A stretch of 32,004 nucleotides of DNA from Dehalococcoidia bacterium (GCA_047515825.1 JAKZVY010000169.1:1-32004); one strand, 5' to 3'; counted from the first letter of the stretch, positions 15,394 through 26,216 are shown. The notes: a model not told the origin generated them from the letters alone. Program-made: numbers and translations.

Positions 15394-17151
15394 ATGACTA
15401 CCGGCTCTTCGTTCGAGACTATTGGCAAACCTCCGGTCGATGAATTCGAGGTCTCCCCGAATATCGACCGCGAGAATGTCACGGAGTTCGACTGGCAGAC
15501 CATGTTCGACGAGTTGGACTGGCTTCCTGGCGGGGGGTTGAACAAGGCCCACGAAGCGATCGACCGGCACGCCAACGGCGCCAAGCGCGACACGCTGGCG
15601 ATGATATGGGAAGGCAAGAACGGCGAGCGCGAGGACTACACCTTCGGCGACCTCAAGCGCCAGACGGACAGGTTCGCGAATGTACTCAAGAGCCTGGGGA
15701 TCGAAACGGGCGACCGCGTGTTCACCTTCATGGACCGTGTTCCCGAGCAGTATATCGCCGTCTTCGGCATACTCAAGGCGGGCGCGATCGCCGGGCCTCT
15801 ATTCTCAGCATTCGGGCCGGACCCGGTCAGGGACAGGCTTCAGGACTCCGGGGCCAAGGTGCTCATCACCCAGCCCGACCTGCGTCGGAAGATCTCCGGC
15901 ATAATCCCTGAGCTGTTCGACCTCCAGCACATCATCATCGTCAACAAGAACGGTCGCGACCCAGCCCCGATCGACGCTCAGGACCTCGACTACTACGAGG
16001 AGATGGGCAAAGCTCCTGCCGACTTCACCACCGTGGCGACGTCCCAGTTCGACTACTCGATAATGCACTACACGTCCGGGACTACCGGCAAACCCAAAGG
16101 CGCCGTCCACCGCCACCAGGCCGTCGTGCAGCAGTACGCCACCGGCAAGTGGGCGCTCGACTTCCACGACGACGACATCTACTGGTGCACCGCCGACCCG
16201 GGGTGGGTGACCGGTACCTCGTACGGGATGCTCGCGCCCTGGACGAACGGCGTCACCCAGCTCATATACGAGGGCGGATTCAGGGCGAGCGCATGGTACG
16301 AGCAGATCCAGAAGCACAAAGTGACCGTCTGGTACACCGCTCCGACCGCCATTCGAATGCTCATGAAGGCCGGAGACCAGGTTCCGAAGCGGTACGACCT
16401 CTCTTCGCTGCGCTTCACCGCCAGCGTCGGGGAGCCGCTGAACCCGGAGGCGGTCGTCTGGGGCAAAGAAGCCATCGGTCACGCCTTCCACGACAACTGG
16501 TGGCAGACGGAGACCGGGGCCATCATGTGCGCGAACTATGCCTCCATGCCGATCAAGCCGGGGTCGATGGGGCGCCCCATTCCGGGCATCGAGCTGGGTA
16601 TAGTCGATGAGGACTTCAATCCTGTCCCACCGGGCGAGGACGGCAACCTGGTCGCCCGTCCCGGCTGGCCCTCAATGTTCCACACCTACTGGCAGAATAC
16701 GCCGATGTACAACTCCAGGTTCAAGAAGGGCTGGTACATTACCGGCGATACGGCACGTATGGACGAGGATGGCTACTTCTGGTTCGTCGGACGCGCGGAC
16801 GACGTGATCAATACGGCGGGGCACCTCGTGGGGCCGTTCGAGGTCGAGAGCGCGCTGATCGAACACGAGGCCGTGGCCGAAGCGGGAGTGATCGGCAAGC
16901 CGGACCCCATCGCAATGGAGATCGTCAAGGCGTTCGTTTCGCTCAAGGACGGCTACGCGGAGACCCCGCAGCTCCGCCGTGAGATCATGCAGTTCGCCAG
17001 GACGAAGCTCGCGGCTGCGGTCGCGCCGCGCGAGATCGACTTCATCCCCGGATTGCCGAAGACCCGGTCGGGCAAGATCATGCGACGTCTGCTTAAGGCG
17101 AGGGAGCTCGGCCTGCCGGAGGGCGACACGAGCACGCTGGAAGAGGACTAG
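15394..17151 (+). CDS. AMP-forming acyl-CoA synthetase (acetate/short-chain acyl--CoA ligase family)
   Basis: MHYTSGTTGKPKG, WWQTETG, YITGDTARMDEDGYFWFVGRADDVI and PKTRSGKIMRR are the adenylate-forming motifs. ATG at 15394 follows a ggagga RBS. The ORF-track start at 15343 overlaps the -10 box. Confidence 0.9.
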   Translation: MTTGSSFETIGKPPVDEFEVSPNIDRENVTEFDWQTMFDELDWLPGGGLNKAHEAIDRHANGAKRDTLAMIWEGKNGEREDYTFGDLKRQTDRFANVLKSLGIETGDRVFTFMDRVPEQYIAVFGILKAGAIAGPLFSAFGPDPVRDRLQDSGAKVLITQPDLRRKISGIIPELFDLQHIIIVNKNGRDPAPIDAQDLDYYEEMGKAPADFTTVATSQFDYSIMHYTSGTTGKPKGAVHRHQAVVQQYATGKWALDFHDDDIYWCTADPGWVTGTSYGMLAPWTNGVTQLIYEGGFRASAWYEQIQKHKVTVWYTAPTAIRMLMKAGDQVPKRYDLSSLRFTASVGEPLNPEAVVWGKEAIGHAFHDNWWQTETGAIMCANYASMPIKPGSMGRPIPGIELGIVDEDFNPVPPGEDGNLVARPGWPSMFHTYWQNTPMYNSRFKKGWYITGDTARMDEDGYFWFVGRADDVINTAGHLVGPFEVESALIEHEAVAEAGVIGKPDPIAMEIVKAFVSLKDGYAETPQLRREIMQFARTKLAAAVAPREIDFIPGLPKTRSGKIMRRLLKARELGLPEGDTSTLEED

Positions 17152-17229
17152 TCTCGATAGTGGCCGGTCTTCAGTGGCCGTGATGCGAGAGTTGCCCACA
17201 ACGCTCGAAATTTCTATAAGGAGATTCAC

Positions 17230-18464
17230 ATGAAGCTCTGCTGGTTCCACCTGATGCCCTACCGGTATCTGCCGCCCGACTTCGAGGAGAAGTACCGCAG
17301 CGTGTGGGTCGACGTTCCCAGCCGCCTGTTCGATCCGATCAAGGCCAACCAGCTCTACAACGAGTATCTGGACGAGCTTGAGTTCGCCGACCAGGTTGGC
17401 TTCGACGGCATCTGCATCAACGAGCACCACAACAACGCCTACGGCATAATGCCGTCGCCAAACATCCCGGCCGCTACGCTGACGCGGCGGACGCAGGACG
17501 CGGCGATAGTCGTTCTGGGCAACAGCCTCGCGCTGTACAACCCGCCTCTGCGTGTGGCGGAGGAGTTCGCGATGCTCGACTGCATAAGCGCGGCGGGCGT
17601 CTCGTCGCCGGATTCCCGGTTGGGACGTCCATGGACACCAACTACGCCTACGGCGAGACGCCTGCGAACCTGCGGGAAAAGTACTACGAGGCCCACGATC
17701 TAGTAATGAAGGCGTGGACCGAGCCGGAGCCGTTCGCGTTCAACGGGAAGCACAACCAGATCAGGTACGTAAACATCTGGCCCCGGCCGCTCCAGCAGCC
17801 TCATCCTCCCGTCTGGATACCGGGCGGCGGGTCGGTCGAAACATGGGAGTGGACCGCCCGGATGGACTACGTCTATTGCTACCTCAGCTATTTCGGCTAC
17901 AAGCGCGGCATACAGGTCATGGACGGTTTCTGGAAGGAGATGGAACGGCTCGGTGTGGACGATAACCCCTACCGTGCCGGCTTCCTCCAGCTTGTCTGCG
18001 TGGCCGAAACCGACGAGAAGGCCAAGGAGCTTTATGCCGAACACGTCGATTACTTCTACAAGAAGTGCCTTCACGTGTATGAGGGATTCGCCGAGGCGCC
18101 CGGCTACCGCACGATTCGCACCATCAAGTCCGGCGCGGTACAGCAGGTCGGCGCCAACGCCAGCAGGTTCAGGCAGAATCTGACCTGGGAGGACTACGTT
18201 GAGCAGGGATACGTAATCGCCGGAAGTCCAAAGACGGTCATCGAGAACCTGCGCAAGGCGGTGGAGGGACTGCGAGTCGGGCACCTGATGACCCTGCTGC
18301 AGATCGGCTCGATGCCCCGTGACCTGACGATGAAGAACACCGAGCTGTTCGCGACACAAGTCAAGCCCTACCTCGAAGATATGTGGGACGAGTACGAAGA
18401 CCGATGGTGGCCCCAGCCGGTGGACTTGGCTGACCGCGCGGAACCTGCTGCGGTTGGTGGCTGA
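17230..18464 (+). pseudogene. LLM class flavin-dependent oxidoreductase, frameshifted near 17590
   Basis: ORF 17230-17703 reads ...AEEFAMLDCIS, then drifts out of family. The next frame reads GGRLVAGFPVGTSMDTNYAYG... and continues as ORF 17631-18464. Joined, they give a typical ~410-aa luciferase-like monooxygenase. The shift lies in GCGGCGGGCG (17589-17598) and fits a 1-nt deletion. Confidence 0.8.
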
Positions 18465-18545
18465 CTATCGAACCGATAGTCATACACGGAGGGTGGGACT
18501 TGTGCCCGCCCACTCCATACCCATAGTACGACACGGGAAAACGCA

Positions 18546-19349
18546 ATGACCACGACAGCGGCGGCTGAGACGCAGACAGTTCAGGTCGGGCCTATAACCA
18601 CAAAGTATCTGAAGAAGGGTGAAGGACACCCGCTTCTCTATCTTCACGGCGCTTTTGGATACAAGGGCTGGCCGGAGTTCTTGGACAAGCTCTCGGAGAA
18701 CTTCACGGTCTATGCGCCGACGCATCCCGGATTCGAAGGCGACAGCGGCATTGACCACATCGAAGACCTCCTCGACCTCACCCTCTATCATGCCGATCTG
18801 GTGGAGTCGCTCGGACTGGACAGCCCGCATATAGTCGGCCACTATTCGGGCGCGATGGTGGCGGCTGAAATGGCCGCGGTCTGCTCATGCAATGTCGGGA
18901 AGCTAGTCCTCGCCGCGCCCGCCGGACTCTGGCGGGATGACGACCCCGGACTCGACTACAACACCACTCCGATAACCGAAACGCGCGAAGCTCTGTTTGC
19001 CGATCCGGACTCTGACGCCGCTTTGGGGTTGTACCCCGTTCCTAAGGATGACGAGGAGCTGGGCTGGCAGATCATTCGCAGAGTGCAATCTCTGAACGCG
19101 GTGGGCAAGTTTCTGTGGCCGATCCCGGACAAGGGACTCGTCCGCCGAGTTCACCGGATCAAGAACCCGACGCTCGTCGTGGTCGGAGATGGCGATAAGA
19201 TCGTCCCGGCCGCCTACGCAGACATGCTGACTTCACGCATCTCTAACTCCGAGTCGCGAGTGATGAAGAACGCGGGCCACATGTTCCCGCACGAGCATCC
19301 TAGCGAGTTCGCGGAAATCGTTCTGGACTTCCTCTCGGAGGGAAACTGA
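18546..19349 (+). CDS. alpha/beta hydrolase fold protein
   Basis: LLYLHGAFG (oxyanion region), a nucleophile-elbow region IVGHYSGAMVAA, VVVGDGDKIVP (acid) and NAGHMFPHEHP (His). Confidence 0.8.
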   Translation: MTTTAAAETQTVQVGPITTKYLKKGEGHPLLYLHGAFGYKGWPEFLDKLSENFTVYAPTHPGFEGDSGIDHIEDLLDLTLYHADLVESLGLDSPHIVGHYSGAMVAAEMAAVCSCNVGKLVLAAPAGLWRDDDPGLDYNTTPITETREALFADPDSDAALGLYPVPKDDEELGWQIIRRVQSLNAVGKFLWPIPDKGLVRRVHRIKNPTLVVVGDGDKIVPAAYADMLTSRISNSESRVMKNAGHMFPHEHPSEFAEIVLDFLSEGN

Positions 19350-19368
19350 CCGCGGACTCTTGACCAAT

Positions 19369-21118
19369 CTACTCGCGCGGCACTATCGGCAGCTTGACGT
19401 GCGACGGGTACTCGGACGTGTGAAAGATCGTCTGGAGAGCAGGGACCATCGCGGAGTCCGACCCTATCTCCTCGCCCGAGTTCGTGTTGCGATCGAACCG
19501 GGGGAAGTTCGAGCTGGATATCTCCAGACCGATCCGATGCCCCTTTTTGAACACGTTTGACGTGGCCCAGAGATCGATTGTGTACTCGTACACGCTCCCC
19601 GGCTGAATCGGGGGACGCCGGCTGCCTGGGATTGCGGAATCGTGCCCTGATAATCCCGTCCGTCAGATTACGAGCGTAGCCCGACGGCTCCACGTCTACC
19701 AGCTTCGCGGTGAAGTCCGTATCGGCGGCGCTGGTCGAATTGAACAGCGTCACGCTGACCGGCCCAGTCACCTCGACGTCCTGGTCCAGAGCGGCGGTAG
19801 AATAGACCAGTACGTCCTCCCTACCCTCGACCCAGCGCTGGTCATAGGCGCCGCTTGCCATGAACGCGGGATCGCAGCACAGACCGCCGCCAACCGTCGG
19901 CACCGGATTGGCGGGGTTGTACACGAACACGTCCGGGGCTTCGTCGCCGGGCTCCTGCTGACTCAGAGAGCCGTTGCCGTTGAGAGTGTTCGCTCTCCCT
20001 TTGCTGTGCAGGTAGAAGCTGGTCACCTCGGCCCTGGAGAGAGGCCACTCGTCCTCGTAGCGCCACACGTTGTCGCCCATGACGAATATCCGCACCGGAC
20101 TGTCGTCAGCGACGCCGTTGTCCTCGCCCAGCAACACGTAGTCATAGAACCTGAGAATTTCACCCATCATGTCGATGGCGGCTGGTGCTGCCCTCGTTCC
20201 AAAGTTGTACTCGCCGGATACCGACTGCATTGGCCCATGCACCCACGGGCCGATTGTCAGCCTCTGTCCGTTGCGCGCGGCGTCCGTCGCGCCCATGCTC
20301 CGCATCCGTTCATAGTTTTTGATCGTGCCTCCCAGGAAGATGTCGTACCAGCCGCCGAAGTTGAACGCCGGTATCCCGATCTCGGAGTGAGATTCCTCTA
20401 TGCACACCTGCTTCCAGTAATCATCGTACTCCGGGTGGGCCATCCAGTCGTAGTAGTACGACGCGATCTCCCTCTTCAGTTGCGGCATGTCTCTCATCGG
20501 CATGTACTGAAACCACTGCGTGAGGTCGTCTTTCGCGGCGATTAGCTCAGACAGGTCCTCATCGTGAAGGTGGAAGCGTTGCGCGAGATTGGCCCAGTTA
20601 GCGGAAGTCAGCGACCCCATGGTCCATGAGAGGTTGAATCCGAGCTCGAACGCGCCGCCCTGCCATGCCCAGCCCTCATGATAGTCGGACGCCGTGACAC
20701 CCGGTGCGATTCCGGCCAGCGACGGCGCACCGGACTTGGCCGCGAGCCACTGAGTCGCGCCGACGTACGATGTCCCGTACATTCCGACCTTGCCGTTACA
20801 CCAGGGCTGGGAAGCCACCCACTCCACCGAGTCGTACCCGTCGTTGACCTCGTTGAAAAACGTGTAGAAGTCCCCTTCCGACGTGTACCTGCCCCGGACG
20901 TCCTGGATCACCACTGCGTAGCCGTGGCTCGCGGCTCGGATGGCGTCGAGGATGCCCGTCCGGTTCTGAGGGGAGGACTTGTCGTATGGCGTCCTTTGAA
21001 GCAGCGCCGGCGTCGGACCGTCCACTCGCGGCCTGAACACGTCCGCATAGGTGGTGATTCCGTCCCGCATCATAATCGGTACGCTGTGGTCGAAGGTTAC
21101 TGAGTACGAGCCGGGCAT
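19369..21118 (-). pseudogene. CocE/NonD family hydrolase (S15 X-Pro dipeptidyl-peptidase-like), frameshifted in a G5/C5 run
   Basis: The N-terminal ~500 aa (MRDG...RTPYDK, YGTSYVGATQW) lie in one frame. The conserved C-terminus YEYTIDLWATSNVFKKGHRIGLEISSSNFPRFDRNTN lies in another (ORF 19369-19593). The frames meet at GGGGG 19610-19614. ATG at 21118 lies 5 nt after GGAGG. Confidence 0.8.
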
Positions 21119-21345
21119 ATTGGCCTCCATGCAGCGGTACGGCCTAATGATTCGCCGCATCCGCGATCTCGCTGAATGTAGCACAGCTACCCCATGCGGG
21201 CAACCTTATGGGCGGTTTGGAGCGTGCCAATCAAACCGACTACAGCGGAATGGCGTATACTAATCTAGCGGCCTGCGCTCTCCGCGTCCGGGCGCTCGCT
21301 CCGGGATCCCGTGGCACGCAGCGCAGAGCCTCCTTGGAGGCATCG

Positions 21346-22338
<993 letters not shown>

Positions 22339-22349
22339 GAGACCTCCGG

Positions 22350-23237
22350 ATGCTGTCTCCCGACTTGGTAGAGCAGATCAAGCAAATCGAGATCAGGTCC
22401 AGGCGCCTGGTTACCAGCGTGCTCGCGGGCGAGTATCAGTCGGCGTTCAGGGGCAGGGGCGTGGAGTTCGACGAAGTCCGTCCTTATGTTCCGGGCGACG
22501 ACGTCAGACGCATCGACTGGAACGTCACCGCCCGGATGGCCGAGACCTACGTCCGCCGCTACCAGGAGGAGCGCGAGCTGACCGTCATGCTGGCGGTGGA
22601 CGCAAGCGGATCGTCTGAGTTCGGGACCGCCGACAGGTTCAAGCGCGACCTTGCGGCTGAAATGGCTGCTGTGCTGGCATTCGCGGCCATCTCCAACGGC
22701 GACCGCGTCGGACTTATGGTGTTCACCGACCGGGTGGAGTTGTTGCTGCCGCCGAAAAAGGGCCGCAGGCACGTTCTGAGGATGGTGCGTGATCTCTTGG
22801 TGTTCAACCCCGAGAGCTCCGGTACAGACATCAGCCTCGCCCTCACGACAATGAACCTCCTGCTCAAGCAGCGCAGCATCGCGTTCCTCATCTCCGACTT
22901 CATGGTCCCGGTGGAGAGCTACCGGCAAGGACTTGCCGCCTCTGCCCGCCGCCACGATCTTGTCGCCGTGGACGTGCACGACCCCGCTGAGCGAGAGCTG
23001 GGTCGCGTCGGCATCATCGCCCTCGAGGACGCCGAGACCGGAGACCTAATATGGGTCGATACCGACGACGAGTCGTGGCGCAGGGCATTCGCGAGGCAGG
23101 TCGCGGACCACGAAGACAGCAAGGTTCAGGCCATGCGGTCGCTAGCAGTAGACCGTATCTCCGTTCAGACCGGGCGGGAGTACATCGCGAGCTTGAACGA
23201 CTTCTTCAAGCAGCGTGCCAAGAGGCGCCCACGTTGA
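22350..23237 (+). CDS. DUF58 domain-containing protein (VWA-like, MoxR partner)
   Basis: GEYQSAFRGRGVEFDEVRPYVPGDDVRRIDWNVTAR is the DUF58 signature. The MIDAS-like motif is VDASGS. Confidence 0.9.
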   Translation: MLSPDLVEQIKQIEIRSRRLVTSVLAGEYQSAFRGRGVEFDEVRPYVPGDDVRRIDWNVTARMAETYVRRYQEERELTVMLAVDASGSSEFGTADRFKRDLAAEMAAVLAFAAISNGDRVGLMVFTDRVELLLPPKKGRRHVLRMVRDLLVFNPESSGTDISLALTTMNLLLKQRSIAFLISDFMVPVESYRQGLAASARRHDLVAVDVHDPAERELGRVGIIALEDAETGDLIWVDTDDESWRRAFARQVADHEDSKVQAMRSLAVDRISVQTGREYIASLNDFFKQRAKRRPR

Positions 23238-24205
23238 GGGCCGCATCCATACTCGCCGTGATACTGGCCTGTATCCTGATCCGGGCGGGAGTGGCGTCGG
23301 CGCAGGCCCTGCCGGTGGGCGTCGGACTGACCGTCGAACCCGATTCAGTAACGGTCGGCGACCCCTTCACCATAACCCTGTCAGCTAGTCACTCCCCGGA
23401 GTATCACGTGATGTTTCCCAGGGTTCCCTCCGACTGGGGAGAGTTTGAGATTCGGAGCCAGCGCCCGCTCCCGACCGTCGACAACGGCGATGGGACCCTT
23501 AGGTCGTCGACCGCGATCGAGGCCATTCTGTTCAAGCCCGGCACACACGCCACGCCTTCGCTGAGCGTGTCGGTGCGCCGCCCGGACGGAACGGTAATCT
23601 ACCGGCCTGCGCGCCCTATCGACGTCACAGTCGTCTCAGTTCTTACGCCGGACGACACCGAGAAGAGAGGCATCAGGCCGCAGGCCGACATACCGGTACC
23701 CGCCGTTTGGCCGTGGGCCGCCGGGGGAGCCGCGGCTCTGGGTCTGCTGGCGGTGGCTGGCGGATACCTGTGGCGAAGGAAGTTCATGGGCGACGCCAAC
23801 CTGCCCCCTCAGCCGCAGACTCTGCCGGCCGAAGTAGCCCTCGCTGAGCTGGACAGGATCGAGGCGTTGAATCTTCCGGCCCAGGGCCGCTTCGAAGAGC
23901 ACTACATCCTCGTTTCAAACTGCCTGCGTCAGTACATCCAGAGACGTTTCGCAATCCCCGCGCTCGATCTGACCACATGGCAGATCAAGGACATGCTGAC
24001 GACCCGCAGATCCCGCGGCGTCGACCTCCGCGGCTTTGGCCATGTCCTGGACGAGTCCGACCTTGTAAAGTTCGCGAGGTTTCTGCCAGTACAGGATGAG
24101 GCCATGGCGGTGATACCGCAGTCCAGGGACCTCATCCTCCGCGTCAGGGCCGGGAGCGCGCGGTTCGCCTCATACTTCGGCGAGAGGAGCGAGGATCCGA
24201 GATGA
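23234..24205 (+). CDS. membrane protein of the Bat-type operon (signal peptide, beta-rich ectodomain, TM helix, DUF4381-like tail)
   Basis: A TTG start overlaps the DUF58 stop as TTGA. Cleavable-looking leader ILAVILACILIRAGVASAQA. TM helix WPWAAGGAAALGLLAVAGGYLW. It occupies the slot of the small membrane gene in Bat operons. The ORF-track N-terminal extension (23051-23233) lies inside DUF58. Confidence 0.7.
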   Translation: MRAASILAVILACILIRAGVASAQALPVGVGLTVEPDSVTVGDPFTITLSASHSPEYHVMFPRVPSDWGEFEIRSQRPLPTVDNGDGTLRSSTAIEAILFKPGTHATPSLSVSVRRPDGTVIYRPARPIDVTVVSVLTPDDTEKRGIRPQADIPVPAVWPWAAGGAAALGLLAVAGGYLWRRKFMGDANLPPQPQTLPAEVALAELDRIEALNLPAQGRFEEHYILVSNCLRQYIQRRFAIPALDLTTWQIKDMLTTRRSRGVDLRGFGHVLDESDLVKFARFLPVQDEAMAVIPQSRDLILRVRAGSARFASYFGERSEDPR

Positions 24206-25191
24206 CGGATATCCAGTTCGCTACCCCTGCCCTGCTTCTCCTGCTCCCGGTGGTGCTGTTGATCGCGCTGCTGCCGCTGTACGCGAGAGAGAGGACGAGG
24301 CCCCCGTCTCTCAGATTCGCCAGCACCTTCGCGGCCCGGACCGGGTCGCGAAGTCTGAAGCTGAGACTCAGGCCCTTCATCCCCGTACTCCGCTGGCTTG
24401 CGCTGGCGCTGCTGATCATCGCCGCCGCGCGGCCACAGACCACGGACGCTAGGGAGATACTCAGAGGCGAGGGTATCGACATCACGCTTGCTCTCGACAT
24501 CTCCGGGTCCATGGCGGCGTTCGACTTCGATCCCATCAACCGTCTCGAGGCGGCCAAGCAGGTCATCTACGAGTTCATCGAGAGGAGAGAGTACGACCGC
24601 ATCGGGCTGATTGTCTTCGCTTCCGAAGCGTTCGTGCACAGCCCGCCGACGGTGGACCACGACGCGCTCCTGTTCCTGCTCGAAGAGGTCAATCTCGCAT
24701 CGGTCCTGCGTCTGCACGACGGCACTGCCGTTGGGATGGGCCTTGCCGTGGCCGCCAACATGCTCAAGGACTCCGAATCCGAGAGCAAGGTCATCGTCCT
24801 GCTCACCGACGGTGTCAACAACAGCGGCGACATCGACCCTCTAACCGCGGCCGCGGCGACCGAAACACTCGGCATCCGCGCCTACACCATAGGAATGGGA
24901 AACCCCGACGACAGGCTCGGCCCGCTGCGTTCCGGCTTTATCAGGGGCGATCTCGACGAGGAGACGCTCCGGCAGATAGCGGACAGTACAGGCGGCAAGT
25001 ACTTCCGCGCCACCGATACCGATGGCCTGCGCACGATCTACGAAGAGATCGACAAGCTGGAAAAGTCGGAAGTGGAGGTGTCCATTTACGCCCAGCATCG
25101 GGAGCTTGCGGGATGGTTCCTGCTTGCGGCGCCCGTCCTCCTTCTCCTTGAGATTCTCGCCCACGCGACCATTTTCCGGCCGATCCCATGA
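24202..25191 (+). CDS. batA: VWA domain-containing protein (BatA-like)
   Basis: Two N-terminal TM helices and RPQ, then the VWA MIDAS LDISGSM, ..TDG.NN and a C-terminal TM. ATGA overlaps on both sides. Confidence 0.85.
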   Translation: MTDIQFATPALLLLLPVVLLIALLPLYARERTRPPSLRFASTFAARTGSRSLKLRLRPFIPVLRWLALALLIIAAARPQTTDAREILRGEGIDITLALDISGSMAAFDFDPINRLEAAKQVIYEFIERREYDRIGLIVFASEAFVHSPPTVDHDALLFLLEEVNLASVLRLHDGTAVGMGLAVAANMLKDSESESKVIVLLTDGVNNSGDIDPLTAAAATETLGIRAYTIGMGNPDDRLGPLRSGFIRGDLDEETLRQIADSTGGKYFRATDTDGLRTIYEEIDKLEKSEVEVSIYAQHRELAGWFLLAAPVLLLLEILAHATIFRPIP

Positions 25192-26216
25192 CATTCCAGA
25201 ACGCACAGTACCTGATTCTGCTGGCCGCGCTTCCGGTGGCGGTGGCGATCATCGCGCTCTCCATCAGGAAACGCACCGATTCGATGAGGCGCATAGGCGA
25301 CCACGACCTGGTCACCAGGTTGGCGCGCACCGCCAACACTAGGGGGCGGATGGTACGCAGGGTGCTGATCTTGGCCGCGCTGGGGTTGGCGGTCGTCGCG
25401 CTCGCCAGACCTCAGTGGGGCGAGAGCAGCCAGATCGTGGAACGCCGCGGCATACAGCTCATAGTCGCTCTGGATATATCGAAGTCCATGCTTGCCGAGG
25501 ATCTGAAACCCAACCGGCTGGAACGGGCCAAGTTCGTAATCTCGGATCTGATCGGGCACCTCACCGGCGACGAATTTGGCCTGGTTATCTTTTCCGGGTC
25601 GGCCTTCGTCCAGTTCCCACTGACGTTTGACTACGCGACCGCAAGGACTTTCCTCGACAACGCCTCGCCTAGGATGATAGCGACCCAGGGAACGGCGATA
25701 GCACGCGCAATTGAAGTATCCATGGGAGGGTTCGACAGCAAGCGTCTCTCTCAGAAGGTCATCGTGATCGTCTCGGACGGCGAGAATCACGAAGAGGGCG
25801 CGCTAGAGGCCGCACACAAAGCCGCCGAAGAAGGCGCCGTCATCTTCACGGTCGGGGTCGGGACCTCAGAGGGGCACACGATCCCCGACGTTGATCCGTT
25901 TGGAGAAGTGAGGGGCCCCCTGACCGATCGGCAGGGCAACCTCGTGGTGTCCAGAATGAACGAAATGGTACTGAGGCAGATCGCTGTGGAGGGCGGCGGA
26001 AAGTTCTACGCCGAGTCCGCCAGTACCGCCGAGTTGCTCGCCCAGGAGCTGAACACCCTTCAGGAGGCCACCTCAGACGCCGAGTTGCAATCCAGGAAGG
26101 TGGAAAGGTTCCAGATTTTCGCGGTGGTCGCGATTCTTCTGTTAATTGCGGCTGAGCTAGTCTCTGAGCGCAGGCGCATCGCGCCTCCGGTCCGGGCACG
26201 GGGGCAGGAAGCATGA
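25188..26216 (+). CDS. batB: VWA domain-containing protein (BatB-like)
   Basis: N-terminal TM helices, ARPQWG, MIDAS LDISKSM, VSDGENH and a C-terminal TM anchor. Confidence 0.85.
   Translation: MTFQNAQYLILLAALPVAVAIIALSIRKRTDSMRRIGDHDLVTRLARTANTRGRMVRRVLILAALGLAVVALARPQWGESSQIVERRGIQLIVALDISKSMLAEDLKPNRLERAKFVISDLIGHLTGDEFGLVIFSGSAFVQFPLTFDYATARTFLDNASPRMIATQGTAIARAIEVSMGGFDSKRLSQKVIVIVSDGENHEEGALEAAHKAAEEGAVIFTVGVGTSEGHTIPDVDPFGEVRGPLTDRQGNLVVSRMNEMVLRQIAVEGGGKFYAESASTAELLAQELNTLQEATSDAELQSRKVERFQIFAVVAILLLIAAELVSERRRIAPPVRARGQEA

Noticed and set aside
17175-17229. TTGCCC-17-TATAAG promoter-like site upstream of the LLM gene.
   Set aside because: The -10 candidate overlaps the AAGGAG RBS and sits only ~12 nt from the ATG. 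The promoter and RBS interpretations are mutually exclusive, so I could not decide between them.
19214-19368. The 656-aa ORF (19214-21184) appears to overlap the alpha/beta hydrolase gene by 136 nt.
   Set aside because: This is an artefact of the frameshift at 19610-19614. The conserved C-terminus lies in the other frame and stops at 19369.
17586-19620. Programmed ribosomal frameshifting as the explanation for the LLM and CocE/NonD disruptions.
   Set aside because: Neither site has a slippery X-XXY-YYZ heptamer or a downstream stimulatory structure. One site is a simple homopolymer and the other a GC-repeat, so mutation or sequencing indel is more parsimonious.
23051-23233. N-terminal extensions offered by the ORF track (23051 for the Bat membrane gene, 21208 for moxR, 15343 for the synthetase, 2452 for the RM remnant, 21184 for CocE/NonD, 30495 for MFS).
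   Set aside because: The extensions overlap upstream genes or promoter boxes, lack an RBS, and have junk-like composition. Internal starts have GGAGG-type RBSs or start-stop overlaps.
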